A DNA stretch of 64,000 bases. Origin: Sandaracinaceae bacterium. GTDB lineage: Bacteria; Myxococcota_A; Polyangia; Polyangiales; Sandaracinaceae. Position numbers and translations under genes: made by a program. Positions 1-8,824 of this stretch are shown here, piece by piece (position 1 is the stretch's first letter; every line of letters starts with the position of its first letter). The notes below the pieces were generated by a model. That model saw only the letters and a program-made list of their open reading frames with translations, made no database searches and was not told the origin of the DNA. The DNA lies in assembly GCA_044220955.1 (NCBI GenBank), contig JBGAQA010000021.1:1-64000 (forward strand), read 5' to 3'.

Positions 1-10
1 CATGGCCCAG

Positions 11-39
11 ACTTTAGTCACACCGGCCAGGTCAAGCAA
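11..39 (-). promoter_or_regulatory. Putative sigma70 promoter for a minus-strand gene starting at ATG 3..1 (runs off window)
   Basis: Minus strand TTGCTT (39-34), 17 nt spacer, TAAAGT (16-11), then 7 nt to ATG (cat at 1-3). Confidence 0.4.
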
Positions 40-43
40 CATA

Positions 44-52
44 TGGTAGCTT
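44..52 (+). promoter_or_regulatory. Putative extended -10 element (TGgTAGCTT), leaderless start
   Basis: TG-n-TAGCTT lies 6 nt upstream of GTG at 59; no Shine-Dalgarno. Confidence 0.45.
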
Positions 53-58
53 GCGAAG

Positions 59-226
59 GTGCCGCGGCCCGGTCTGCTCCTCATCGACGACGAGCCGAAC
101 ATCCTCACCAGCCTGCGCCGGGCGCTCGAGATCGAGGGCTTCGCGGGCCTCTTCGAGACTGCCGACCAGACGGAAGGGATGACGGCGTTCGTCGAGAAGC
201 GGAAGGCCGACTTCAAGGCCGAATGA
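59..226 (+). pseudogene. Chimeric 55-aa ORF: response-regulator receiver N-terminus fused to an enoyl-CoA hydratase-like C-terminus
   Basis: Own translation VPRPGLLLIDDEPNILTSLRRALEIEGF|AGLFETADQTEGMTAFVEKRKADFKAE*. LLIDDE..IL..L...L...GF is receiver beta1-alpha1; LF.T.DQ.EGM.AF.EKR...F is the crotonase C-terminal signature. Confidence 0.65.
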
Positions 227-391
227 CGGGGTCACTCCAGCACCCTCCAACCCATCGAGATCGCACCGTTCTGGCGGCCAAGTGCGCGATTTGCGGGTAT
301 CGCCCCGAATCAGGGCGCGCCGTGCGAATCGCGCACCTAGCCGCCAGAACGCTTTGATCTCGCTACGTTGCGACCCCCTGGAGTGACCCCG
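227..391. repeat. 165-bp imperfect palindrome (REP/REPIN- or MITE-like element, or structured RNA)
   Basis: Perfect arms 227-240/378-391 (14 bp), 256-262/356-362, 267-278/340-351, 282-291/327-336, 301-305/313-317, all on one symmetry axis (309). Confidence 0.85.
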
Positions 392-425
392 GCTCAGATG
401 CCGCAACCCCAGCTCAGATGCCGCA
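386..425. repeat. 20-bp tandem duplication (ACCCCRGCTCAGATGCCGCA x2)
   Basis: 386-405 vs 406-425, one mismatch; includes the palindrome end and the stop codon of the deacetylase gene. Confidence 0.85.
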
Positions 426-1304
426 GCGGGACTGGGCCTCGGCGCGCAGCTCCGCCTGGCGCGCTTCGAACGCCTCGGGGGCGAGCTCCATGCGGTGGGC
501 GCTGCGGGTCGCAGGGGCGGAGCCGCGGGGCTGGTACCAGGCGAAGAGATCGCCGCGCAGATCCCAGAGCTCCTCGCCGTTCGCGAGGGCATCGCAGTTG
601 CGCGCGTCGATGTCGTCGAGGATCCCCGGCACGGCGTCGACGATCCAGTGGTGGGTGTCGTGAAGGATGATCACGCCGCCCTCGCCACGCGGCATGCGGG
701 CCTGCGCGTCGAGCGCGCCGTGGAAGGCCTCGACGACGCCCGCCGGCGTGCGGGCGCTGCCGTCGCCGGCCGTGATGTTCCAGAGCACCTCGGTGTAGCC
801 GCGCGCGGCCAGCGTGGCGTCGACGGCGTCGTCGTGGCGGCCGTAGGGCGGACGGTAGAGGGTCGGCCGCGCGCCGAAGACGTCGAGGAAGATCGCCTCG
901 GAGCGATCGAGGTCGAGGCCGAGCGCGCCGGGCGGGAGCGACGTGAGATCGTCGTGGTCGTACGAGTGCAGGCCGATCGCGTGGCCGCGACGGAGGATCT
1001 CGCGCGCCGTCGCGCGTCCGCGCGCGTGCTCGAGCTGGTGTGCGACGAGGAAGAACGTCGCGTGGACGTGTCGCGCGTCGAGGATGTCGAGAAGGCGCAT
1101 GGTGTCGGGCCCGGGGCCGTCGTCGAACGTGAGCGCCAGCGCACGGTGCGCGGTGAGGCCCGTGATGATCCGGCCGTCGCCGGCGACACCGGGCGAGAGG
1201 TCGATGCTCGCGGCACCCTCCTCGATGGCGCGCGCCACGGCGGCCGGCGCGAGGGCGGTGAGGAGCACGAGGAGGGCGGCGAGCGCGGTGACGAAGCGGT
1301 GCAT
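414..1304 (-). CDS. Secreted polysaccharide deacetylase (CE4/NodB domain)
   Basis: Signal peptide MHRFVTALAALLVLL; motifs TFDDGP, HSYDH, RPPYG, ILHD. Confidence 0.88.
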   Translation of the reverse strand: MHRFVTALAALLVLLTALAPAAVARAIEEGAASIDLSPGVAGDGRIITGLTAHRALALTFDDGPGPDTMRLLDILDARHVHATFFLVAHQLEHARGRATAREILRRGHAIGLHSYDHDDLTSLPPGALGLDLDRSEAIFLDVFGARPTLYRPPYGRHDDAVDATLAARGYTEVLWNITAGDGSARTPAGVVEAFHGALDAQARMPRGEGGVIILHDTHHWIVDAVPGILDDIDARNCDALANGEELWDLRGDLFAWYQPRGSAPATRSAHRMELAPEAFEARQAELRAEAQSRCGI

Positions 1305-1473
1305 GGCGACCCACCCACGCAGCCCCGGGTCCACCCCGGTTCGCCCTGGATTTCCAGCCCCGAGCAGCCCGCACGTGGCCCCCCGGCCACGCCCGCGTGT
1401 CCACCGCCCGGACGGACGGCGCGCCGGCGAGGATCTTCCTTGCGCCGGGCCGGAAGTGCCTTCCCGAGGTGCG

Positions 1474-3141
1474 CTACTCGCGGAGGTGTGGCACGTGCAC
1501 TCCGCGCGTCTTCGCGGCGTCGATCGCCAGCGCGTAGCCCGCGTCCGCATGCCGCAGGACGCCCATCCCGGGGTCGCTCACCAGCACCCGCTCGAGCTGG
1601 AGCGCCGCGCGCTCGGTCCCGTCCGCGACGATCACCATCCCTGCGTGCAGCGAGTAGCCGATGCCCACGCCGCCTCCGTGGTGGAAGCTGACCCAGCTGG
1701 CGCCGCCCGCGACGTTGATCATCGCGTTCAAGAGCGCCCAGTCGGCGATGGCGTCGCTTCCGTCCTTCATTCCTTCGGTCTCGCGGTTCGGCGAGGCGAC
1801 CGAGCCGCAGTCGAGGTGGTCTCGCCCGATCACGATGGGCGCCTTCACGCGTCCGTCGCGGACGAGCTCGTTGAAGCGCAGACCGACGCGGTGCCGATCG
1901 CCGTAGCCGAGCCAGCAGATCCGCGCCGGCAGGCCCTGGAACGCGACGCGCTCGCGCGCCATGTCGAGCCAGCGGTGCAGGTGCGGATCGCCCGGGACGA
2001 CCTCCCTCACGGCGTCGTCGGTGACCCTGATGTCCTCGGGATCGCCGCTGAGCGCGACCCAGCGGAAGGGCCCTTTTCCTTCGCAGAAGAGGGGGCGGAC
2101 GTACGCTGGTACGAAGCCCGGGATGTCGAACGCGCGCTCGACGCCGACGTTCTTCGCGTGCTCGCGGATGTTGTTGCCGTAGTCGCACGCGAACGCGCCG
2201 CGCTCGACCATCGTGAGCATCGCCCGCACCTCGGCGGCCATGCCCTGCTTGGCGCGCGCCACGTACGCGGCGGGATCGCTCGCACGCAGCGCCGTCGCGT
2301 CGGCGAGCGAGAGCCCCGGCGGCACGTAGCCGACCAGCGGGTCGTGCGCCGCCGTCTGCTCGGTGACGAAGTCGGGCGTCACGCCGCGCCTCACGAGCTC
2401 GGGGTACACGTCGGCGGCGTTCGCGACGAGCGCGATCGAGATCGCCGACGCGGAGCGCTTGCTCTCGTCGATCCAGCCGAGCGCCTCGTCGAGCGAGCGC
2501 GTGAGGCGATCCACGTAGCGCGTCTCGACCCGCCGCCGCGCGCGCGCCTCGTCCACCTCGACGGCGAGGCAGGACGCGCCGGCCATCGTCGCCGCGAGCG
2601 GCTGCGCGCCGCCCATGCCTCCGAGGCCTGCGGTGAGGATCCAGCGACGCGCCCAGCTGCCGCCGAAGTGAGTGGCGCCGGCTGCGACGAACGTCTCGTA
2701 CGTGCCCTGGAGGATCCCCTGCGTGCCGATGTAGATCCACGATCCCGCCGTCATCTGTCCGTACATCGTCAAGCCCAGCGCCTCGAGCCGGCGGAACTCG
2801 TCGAACGTCGCCCACTTCGGCACCAGGTTCGAGTTCGCGATCAGCACGCGCGGGGAGGTCGGGTGCGTGCGGAACTTCCCGACCGCCTTGCCCGACTGGA
2901 TCAGGAGCGTCTCGTCGTTCTCGAGCTGCTCGAGCTCGCGCACGATGACGTCGAAGCACTCCCAGCTCCGCGCCGCCTTTCCCGTGCCGCCGTACACGAC
3001 CAGATCGTCGGGCCGCTCGGCGACGGCGGGGTCGAGGTTGTTCATGAGCATGCGCAGGGCGGCTTCCTGCACCCAGCCCTTGCAGCGGAGCGTGCTTCCG
3101 CGCGGCGCGTGGACTTCCCGAGGCCCGTGGTTCTTCGTCAC
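1474..3141 (-). CDS. hutU: Urocanate hydratase
   Basis: 555 aa; [74 protein letters not shown]. Confidence 0.97.
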   Translation of the reverse strand: MTKNHGPREVHAPRGSTLRCKGWVQEAALRMLMNNLDPAVAERPDDLVVYGGTGKAARSWECFDVIVRELEQLENDETLLIQSGKAVGKFRTHPTSPRVLIANSNLVPKWATFDEFRRLEALGLTMYGQMTAGSWIYIGTQGILQGTYETFVAAGATHFGGSWARRWILTAGLGGMGGAQPLAATMAGASCLAVEVDEARARRRVETRYVDRLTRSLDEALGWIDESKRSASAISIALVANAADVYPELVRRGVTPDFVTEQTAAHDPLVGYVPPGLSLADATALRASDPAAYVARAKQGMAAEVRAMLTMVERGAFACDYGNNIREHAKNVGVERAFDIPGFVPAYVRPLFCEGKGPFRWVALSGDPEDIRVTDDAVREVVPGDPHLHRWLDMARERVAFQGLPARICWLGYGDRHRVGLRFNELVRDGRVKAPIVIGRDHLDCGSVASPNRETEGMKDGSDAIADWALLNAMINVAGGASWVSFHHGGGVGIGYSLHAGMVIVADGTERAALQLERVLVSDPGMGVLRHADAGYALAIDAAKTRGVHVPHLRE

Positions 3142-3175
3142 GCGCGGAAGGTAATGGATCTACATTCCCTCCGCG

Positions 3176-3613
3176 ATGGGCGAGCAGACGTCCGAGGCCG
3201 AGAAGATCCTCGAGCTCGCGGGAGGCGACCGGCTGAAGGCGTTCGAGCTCGTCGAGAAGCAGCTCTCGGTCCTCGTGCTCCGGACGCAGGTGATGCTGAG
3301 CCTGAGCGGTATCGTGATCACCGTCACCGGCTTCTCGGGGCGCAACATCGCCGAGACCAGCCTGCTCGCGCGGGCGAGCGTCGTCAGCGGCCTCTTCGTG
3401 GTGCTCGCCGCCGCCGCGGTGGCGGTGACGGGGGTGCTCCGCCTGCGCTGGCTGACGCAGGAGCTCGGTGGCGAGACGCTCGTGATGCTGGCGCGGCTGC
3501 TCGCCATCCGTGATCGGAAGTCGCGCTTCCTCTCGCTCGCGCTCGGCCTCTTCGTGACCGGCTTCGCGCTCTACTGCTTCGCGGTCGCCCAGCTCTTGAT
3601 CGCGGCCGGCTGA
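3176..3613 (+). CDS. Small three-TM membrane protein, unknown function
   Basis: 145 aa, three hydrophobic stretches, coding-like codon usage, TACATT box upstream. Confidence 0.75.
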   Translation: MGEQTSEAEKILELAGGDRLKAFELVEKQLSVLVLRTQVMLSLSGIVITVTGFSGRNIAETSLLARASVVSGLFVVLAAAAVAVTGVLRLRWLTQELGGETLVMLARLLAIRDRKSRFLSLALGLFVTGFALYCFAVAQLLIAAG

Positions 3614-3615
3614 GC

Positions 3616-4803
3616 TCACTCGCTCATCGCGGGCGTGCAGTCGACCGTCACCGAGCGGACCGAGCCGATCGGCGTGAGCGGCGCCGAGCGCGAGCCGAAC
3701 ACGACGAGCAGGCGGTCGCCCAGGCAGACGGCGTCGGCCCACTCGAAGGTCGCGCCGTGCTCGTAGATCTGCTGCTCGGGCCCGAGCCCGGCGAGGTCGA
3801 CGCCGTGGCGGCGCACGCTGACGAGGCGTTCCGTGCGCGAGTGCGTCCGAGGCGCGACGACCATCACGCTGCCCTGACAGCCGACAGCGACGCCTCCACC
3901 CTCGGCGTTCGCGGGGGCGCCCGACTGCATCGAGAGCTCGCGCGTGTCCGGCGTCACGCGGCCCAGCTGCAGGGCGGGGCGGGACCCCGCCGGGCGCCGA
4001 TCGCGCAGCGTGAGGATCGCGCCCGCCGGATCGGAGACGAGCACGGGCAGGGCGAGCTCGTAGGCGAGCGTGGAGACCCCCCGCGGTCCGCGGTTGCCGA
4101 CCTGGAGCTGCACGCGTCCCTCGGGGCCGCCGCGCTCGTCGATCCAGAGCTCGCCCCAGACGACCAGTCGCGTGTCGCCCTCGTACGCGATCGCCGGCGC
4201 GGTCGAGCGGAAGCCGCCCCGGGAGAGGCGGAGCGGCTCGCGAGCGTCGCCCAGCGTGGCCATCCACGAGGCGCTGCTGCTCCCGGTCGCGTCCTGCCAG
4301 CCGAGGACGATCTCCTCCGGGCCTCGGGCGAGCGAGACGCCGTGCCCCTCGCCGACGCCCTCGCGCCGCTCGATCACGCGCGCCGCCGCGCCCTCGCGCG
4401 CGTACACGACCACGGCGCCGCGATCTCCACGCTCGATCTCTCCGTCGATCGAGCACGCGACGAGCACGCGCGCGCCGTCGGCGAGCACGTCCACGCCTCC
4501 CGTGCACGCCGGCCCGAGCCGCGTGTGCCCGCCGCTCGGGTGCCCGTCGTGATCGAGGGCGAGCCCGAAGAGCCCGCTGCGCTCGGACCACGCGACGTAG
4601 GCGCCGCCGTCGTCGGTGCGGTCCACGGCGATTCCGTCCAGCATCGGCCCGTCGAGGTCGACGAGGTGCGTCTCGGTCCCGAACGGGCACGCGCCTGCGA
4701 GGATGTGCACGTCGCCGCTGTTGCCGCAGCCGGCCAGCGCGATGGACAGGGCGAGCGCGGCGCGCACCCCCGATGCGACAACGGTGAGGGCGCGTCGTTC
4801 CAT
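3616..4803 (-). CDS. Putative lipoprotein, beta-rich/propeller-like
   Basis: Start MERRALTVV.., lipobox LAGC; follows the upstream gene by 2 nt. Confidence 0.7.
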   Translation of the reverse strand: MERRALTVVASGVRAALALSIALAGCGNSGDVHILAGACPFGTETHLVDLDGPMLDGIAVDRTDDGGAYVAWSERSGLFGLALDHDGHPSGGHTRLGPACTGGVDVLADGARVLVACSIDGEIERGDRGAVVVYAREGAAARVIERREGVGEGHGVSLARGPEEIVLGWQDATGSSSASWMATLGDAREPLRLSRGGFRSTAPAIAYEGDTRLVVWGELWIDERGGPEGRVQLQVGNRGPRGVSTLAYELALPVLVSDPAGAILTLRDRRPAGSRPALQLGRVTPDTRELSMQSGAPANAEGGGVAVGCQGSVMVVAPRTHSRTERLVSVRRHGVDLAGLGPEQQIYEHGATFEWADAVCLGDRLLVVFGSRSAPLTPIGSVRSVTVDCTPAMSE

Positions 4804-4805
4804 CG

Positions 4806-5918
4806 TCAGGCGAGCACGCCGCGCGCGCGCAGCAGCGCCTCGATCGCCGGCGCGCGGCGGGCGAGCTCCTCGGGGTCCTTCACGGGCTGGAATCGGCCGT
4901 CGTCGCCGTGGCGCGCGACCTCGACGAAGGCGCTGGGCAAGAGCGCCGTGAGCTCGCCGACGAGCCGCTCGAACTGCACGACCTTCTTGCCCTCGACCGT
5001 CTTCTCCACGACGAACCACGTCAGCTCGAAGTCGCGATCGATCGCGCGCGCGTCGAGCACGAAGGTGTTCGTGTTGAACACCGGGATGGTGTCCTGGTCG
5101 AACCCCGGCGGAAACCGGAACGACTCGACGATCTGCGCCACACCGTCCACGCGCGCCGGCGCACCGCCCTTGTCCCCGGATTCCTTGCGGACGACCTCGG
5201 CGCTCACCGCCGCGCCGCGCTCGAGGTGCATCCCGAGGATGGCGGGGTCGAGCGTCGCGCCGAGGTTGTCGACGTTGCTCATGAAGAGGATCTCGCCGCC
5301 TGCGTCGCGGAAGCGCCGCATCGCGCCGCTCGCGCGGAGCGCGAAGGTGAGGTCACCGTGCCCCGGCGCGTACGGCGAGGCCGATCCGTCGGCCTCGACG
5401 AACGGCGCCCCGTCGCGCGTGACGCGCAGCGAGATGCCCTGCGCGAAGGTCTCGATCGGAACGCGCTCGCTCGTGAGCGCCGCGGCCAGCTCGCGGACGC
5501 GAGCGTCGGTCGCGAAGCTCGTCATGAGGTAGCAGGGCAGCCGGCCCGCTGTGCGCGCGGCCACGTGCGCGAGATCGGCGATCTTCAGATCGAGGAAGCT
5601 CCGCCCGCGCACCGCGGGCACGGCGGCCTTCACGACGCCGCCGAAGCGCGTGGCCATCCCTCCGGCGAGGATCACGGCGCCGACCTTGCCCGCCGCGAGC
5701 GCTCGCTCCCCGATCGAAGACAGGCGCTGGCGCTCGGCGCTCCCGACGGCGGGCAGGGCCGACACGTCGCCGGGGGCCGGGGGCTCGACGCGGCCGCGCA
5801 GCGCGTTCGAGCTGCCGCGCGCGAGGCCCGCCACGAGACCGGCGAGCACGTCCTCTCGGAAGCCGAAGCGATCGAGCAGCGCGCGCGTGTCCGGGTCGAC
5901 GGTGTCCAAGAAGGCCAT
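4806..5918 (-). CDS. UTP--hexose-1-phosphate uridylyltransferase, eukaryotic-type UDPGP family
   Basis: ILAGGMATRFGG..K, PGHGD, SNVDNL, FNTN, QFERL, RFQPVK motifs. Confidence 0.85.
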   Translation of the reverse strand: MAFLDTVDPDTRALLDRFGFREDVLAGLVAGLARGSSNALRGRVEPPAPGDVSALPAVGSAERQRLSSIGERALAAGKVGAVILAGGMATRFGGVVKAAVPAVRGRSFLDLKIADLAHVAARTAGRLPCYLMTSFATDARVRELAAALTSERVPIETFAQGISLRVTRDGAPFVEADGSASPYAPGHGDLTFALRASGAMRRFRDAGGEILFMSNVDNLGATLDPAILGMHLERGAAVSAEVVRKESGDKGGAPARVDGVAQIVESFRFPPGFDQDTIPVFNTNTFVLDARAIDRDFELTWFVVEKTVEGKKVVQFERLVGELTALLPSAFVEVARHGDDGRFQPVKDPEELARRAPAIEALLRARGVLA

Positions 5919-5995
5919 GGACCGGCATTCTGCCCTGGCGAGGCGCACGATTGGCAGGCATCGTGCTCTACTGGAACCGTCGCGGGAGGGACCCG

Positions 5996-6532
5996 ATGAA
6001 GATCACGCGCTTTCCCTGGGTTTCGTTGCTGACGGCAGGGCTCGCGCTCGGGACGAGCGGCTGCTTCGCCACGCGCGTGGCCCGAATCGACACGGTGACG
6101 AGCTACGCCCTGGTCCGAGCCGAGCCCGAGTCCGCCGCCCCTCCGGCGGAGCTGGCGGCGGGGGAGGGGACCCTCGTCGTCGAGGCGCTCGTCGTCCCGC
6201 CGGCACCGTCCGCGCCCGTGCTCCCGGTGCGCCTGCCCAGCTCCGTCGCCGAGGCGAGCCTGGCCGCGTCGCCGCCCGCGCCCGCGTGGGATGGGCCGAT
6301 GCCGAGCTACGTCGCGCAGTTCGCCGGGCCCGGCTGGATGCGCCGGCCGATCTTCGGCGGCAGCGCGCAGCGCACGTACGGGCGCTGGATGCCCTTCCGG
6401 GGGCGCGCTCCGTTCACCGCGCCGCGCGCGTCGGGCGCCGGGCCGAGCACCCCGCACTTCTCGTCGCCCCCATCGTTCTCGGGCAGCCTGTCCTCGCACT
6501 TCGCGGGCGGCTACCCGGGCGCGCGCCGCTGA
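5996..6532 (+). CDS. Hypothetical lipoprotein, Pro/Gly-rich
   Basis: SD GGGAGG; MKITRFPWVSLLTAGLALGTSGC lipobox-like signal. Confidence 0.6.
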   Translation: MKITRFPWVSLLTAGLALGTSGCFATRVARIDTVTSYALVRAEPESAAPPAELAAGEGTLVVEALVVPPAPSAPVLPVRLPSSVAEASLAASPPAPAWDGPMPSYVAQFAGPGWMRRPIFGGSAQRTYGRWMPFRGRAPFTAPRASGAGPSTPHFSSPPSFSGSLSSHFAGGYPGARR

Positions 6533-6568
6533 GCCGCAACGGCCGCGCGCCGGCGCCGATAGCGTGGC

Positions 6569-6907
6569 GTGAGATCAGCGCCCGCCTCGCCGCTCGCTGC
6601 GCTCGGCCTGGTGATCGCGCTGATCGGTCTCGCGGGCCTCGCGGGCGGCACGCCCCGGCCGCCGCCGCCGCCGCCGACCCTCGCCGGCGCGCCGACCCTC
6701 GTCGGGCCGGTGGACGTGAACGCCGCGACCGCGGAGGAGCTGGCGAGCCTGCCGCGCATCGGTCCCACGCTCGCCGCCCGCATCGTCGAGGATCGCCGCG
6801 CGCGAGGGCCCTTCCGGACGGTCGACGACCTCGATCGTGTCCCCGGGCTCGGCCCCGCGACGATCGCGCTCATCCGCCCCCACGCGGTCGCGATCAGTAC
6901 GGAATGA
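6569..6907 (+). CDS. ComEA-like helix-hairpin-helix DNA-binding protein
   Basis: N-terminal TM; VDVNAATAEELASLPRIGPTLAARIVEDR...GPFRTVDDLDRVPGLGP. Confidence 0.88.
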   Translation: MRSAPASPLAALGLVIALIGLAGLAGGTPRPPPPPPTLAGAPTLVGPVDVNAATAEELASLPRIGPTLAARIVEDRRARGPFRTVDDLDRVPGLGPATIALIRPHAVAISTE

Positions 6908-7424
6908 GGTACTGCAGGCGTGCCCCCGCCTCGATCCACACCGGCGCGATGTCGAGGGACGTCAGCAGCACCGTAGGGCGCACGGCGACGCCGAGCGTGA
7001 CCTCGCGCGAGAGCAGGACGTCGAGGCCGACGACGCCGCCCACGCCGAAGTCGCCGGTCACGCTCGGGCCGTTCAGCGTCACCAGGCCGGAGACGCCGAG
7101 CCCGAGGAAGGGCACCACCTCGAGGATGTCGACGAGGTACACGACCTCGACGCCGCCCGCCCAGCGGTGCATCGGCTCCGGGTGATAGGCGTAGGCCACC
7201 CGGCCGCGCAGCTCCCACGTGTCGCCGAGGCCGACCGAGACGCCGCCCTCGGCGTAGGCGCCGTGAGGGGGCAGGGTGCCCGTCGGCGTGACGGCATAGC
7301 CGAGCTCCAGCGTGAGGCCGAGCTGCTGCTCGTAGGCGCGCGCCAGGGCAGGCTGCGCCAAGAGCGCCCCCAGCGCGAGCCCCAGGACCAGCGTCGCACG
7401 CCGCACGAGGCCGCTATGCCACAT
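6894..7424 (-). CDS. Small outer-membrane beta-barrel protein
   Basis: Signal peptide ending ARA; alternating amphipathic strands, PFLGLG, aromatic C-terminus. Alternative start GTG 7406. Confidence 0.7.
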   Translation of the reverse strand: MWHSGLVRRATLVLGLALGALLAQPALARAYEQQLGLTLELGYAVTPTGTLPPHGAYAEGGVSVGLGDTWELRGRVAYAYHPEPMHRWAGGVEVVYLVDILEVVPFLGLGVSGLVTLNGPSVTGDFGVGGVVGLDVLLSREVTLGVAVRPTVLLTSLDIAPVWIEAGARLQYLIPY

Positions 7425-7438
7425 CGGAGCGCCGCGCG

Positions 7439-7466
7439 TTGACGGAAAGAGGTGCACGGGTATAGT
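7439..7466 (+). promoter_or_regulatory. Putative sigma70 promoter of yfgM-bamB-like operon
   Basis: TTGACG, 16 nt, TATAGT in a high-GC background. Confidence 0.65.
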
Positions 7467-7509
7467 CCGCCCCTTCTTTTCGGCGCCTTTTCGGTTCCAG
7501 AGCCTGGAG

Positions 7510-8820
7510 ATGCAAGTGAGCGACGAGGACCAGCGCGACGACGACGAGCGGGACGAGAGCGCAGACGAGAGCGCAGGCGAGGGCGGGGACGAGGGCGGGG
7601 CCCGGGACGATGCCTCGGAGCCGGTCGCTTCGAGCCCGTCGGCGTCGGACGAGGACGGCGCGGAGGGCGAGGACGACGGCGACGCCGTGTCGAGCACCAG
7701 CACGACGTCGGCCACGCAAGCCCCGACCGGCGGCAAGCCGCAGCGCCTCTCCGCGGGCGCGCGCCTCGCGGCGGCCAAGGCGGCCAAGGCCGCGACCAAG
7801 GCTGCCAAGAAGCAGGCGCGCCGCGACGAGGCGGGCGCCTCGCAGTCCGCCGCGGAGCGCGAGGCGGAAGATCGCGCGCGCACCCAGAGCGCCGAGGACG
7901 TCCTCAAGGAGTCGCCGCTGGGTCGCGCTGCGACGCGCGCCGGCGAGTGGACGCAGGCGAACCGGCAGCTCGCGATGGGCGTGGCGGGGCTCGCGGCGGC
8001 AGCGCTCATCGGGTGGATCGGGTGGACCTGGTACACCACGTCGCAGGCCACCGCGGCTGGGACGCTGCTGTCGGAGGCGCTGCGCATCTCGAGCGCCGAG
8101 ATCGTCGCGGCGGACGAGGAGCCCGCGGACGAGCCCCCGGCCGACGCGAGCGACGACGACGAGGGCGACGAGGCGCCGCACTTCGCGACGATCGAGGAGC
8201 GCAACGTGGCGGCGCTCGAGGCGTACCGGCGCGTGACGAGCCAGTACGGCGGGTCCGTGGCGGCCAACTGGGCGCGCCTCGGGGAAGGGCGCACGCTCCT
8301 CGGGCAGGGCGAGTACGGCGACGCGCGCACGGCCTACCAGGCCGCGTTCGACGCGAGCGGCGACGAGTCGGTCATCGCCTGGCAGGCCCTCGAGGGGATC
8401 GGCGCGACGTACGAGGCGGAGCAGGACTGGGAGCACGCCACGGCCACCTACGAGCGGCTCGCGTCGCTCGCGGACCACGCGTACGAGAGCGTCGCGAACT
8501 ACCACCTCGCACGCATGCGCGCCGCGTCGGGCGACGAGGCTGCGGCGCTCAGCTCGTTCCGCGAGCTCGTCGACACGCTGCGCGAAGAGGGCGACGAGGG
8601 CGAGCCGCCGTTCCCCTACGTGCTCTCGCAGGCCGATCAGCGCCTGCGCGAGCTCGATCCTTCGGCGCAGGGCGCCGGGCCGAGCATCCACGGCGGTGAC
8701 GGCGGCGAGGGCGGCGAGGGCGGCGGCATCGACAGCCTCACGCCCGAGCAGATCCAGGAGCTGATCCAGCGCCTCCAGACCAAGGGTGGCGGCAGCGGCG
8801 GCGCGCCTCTGCCGGAGTGA
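7510..8820 (+). CDS. YfgM-like membrane-anchored TPR protein with acidic N-terminal extension
   Basis: W..NR.L..G..TM..GW.WY anchor, periplasmic TPR helices, directly upstream of a BamB-like gene as in the yfgM-bamB arrangement. Start may be GTG 7516. Confidence 0.7.
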   Translation: MQVSDEDQRDDDERDESADESAGEGGDEGGARDDASEPVASSPSASDEDGAEGEDDGDAVSSTSTTSATQAPTGGKPQRLSAGARLAAAKAAKAATKAAKKQARRDEAGASQSAAEREAEDRARTQSAEDVLKESPLGRAATRAGEWTQANRQLAMGVAGLAAAALIGWIGWTWYTTSQATAAGTLLSEALRISSAEIVAADEEPADEPPADASDDDEGDEAPHFATIEERNVAALEAYRRVTSQYGGSVAANWARLGEGRTLLGQGEYGDARTAYQAAFDASGDESVIAWQALEGIGATYEAEQDWEHATATYERLASLADHAYESVANYHLARMRAASGDEAAALSSFRELVDTLREEGDEGEPPFPYVLSQADQRLRELDPSAQGAGPSIHGGDGGEGGEGGGIDSLTPEQIQELIQRLQTKGGGSGGAPLPE

Positions 8821-8824
8821 CGGC

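Noticed and set aside
227..391. Specific call as 6S RNA or as a Tn3-family end pair (GGGGTC)
   Set aside because: Bubble placement does not obviously fit 6S; the perfect arm is only 14 bp with no 5-bp target duplication; left unassigned pending searches
1474..3141. hutU without other hut genes, and lone trpG/pabA at 30721
   Set aside because: Dispersed pathway genes are common; cannot be judged from one window
671..4690. 1339-aa minus-strand ORF
   Set aside because: Arg/Ala/Pro-rich off-frame shadow of hutU and neighbours; no domain motifs
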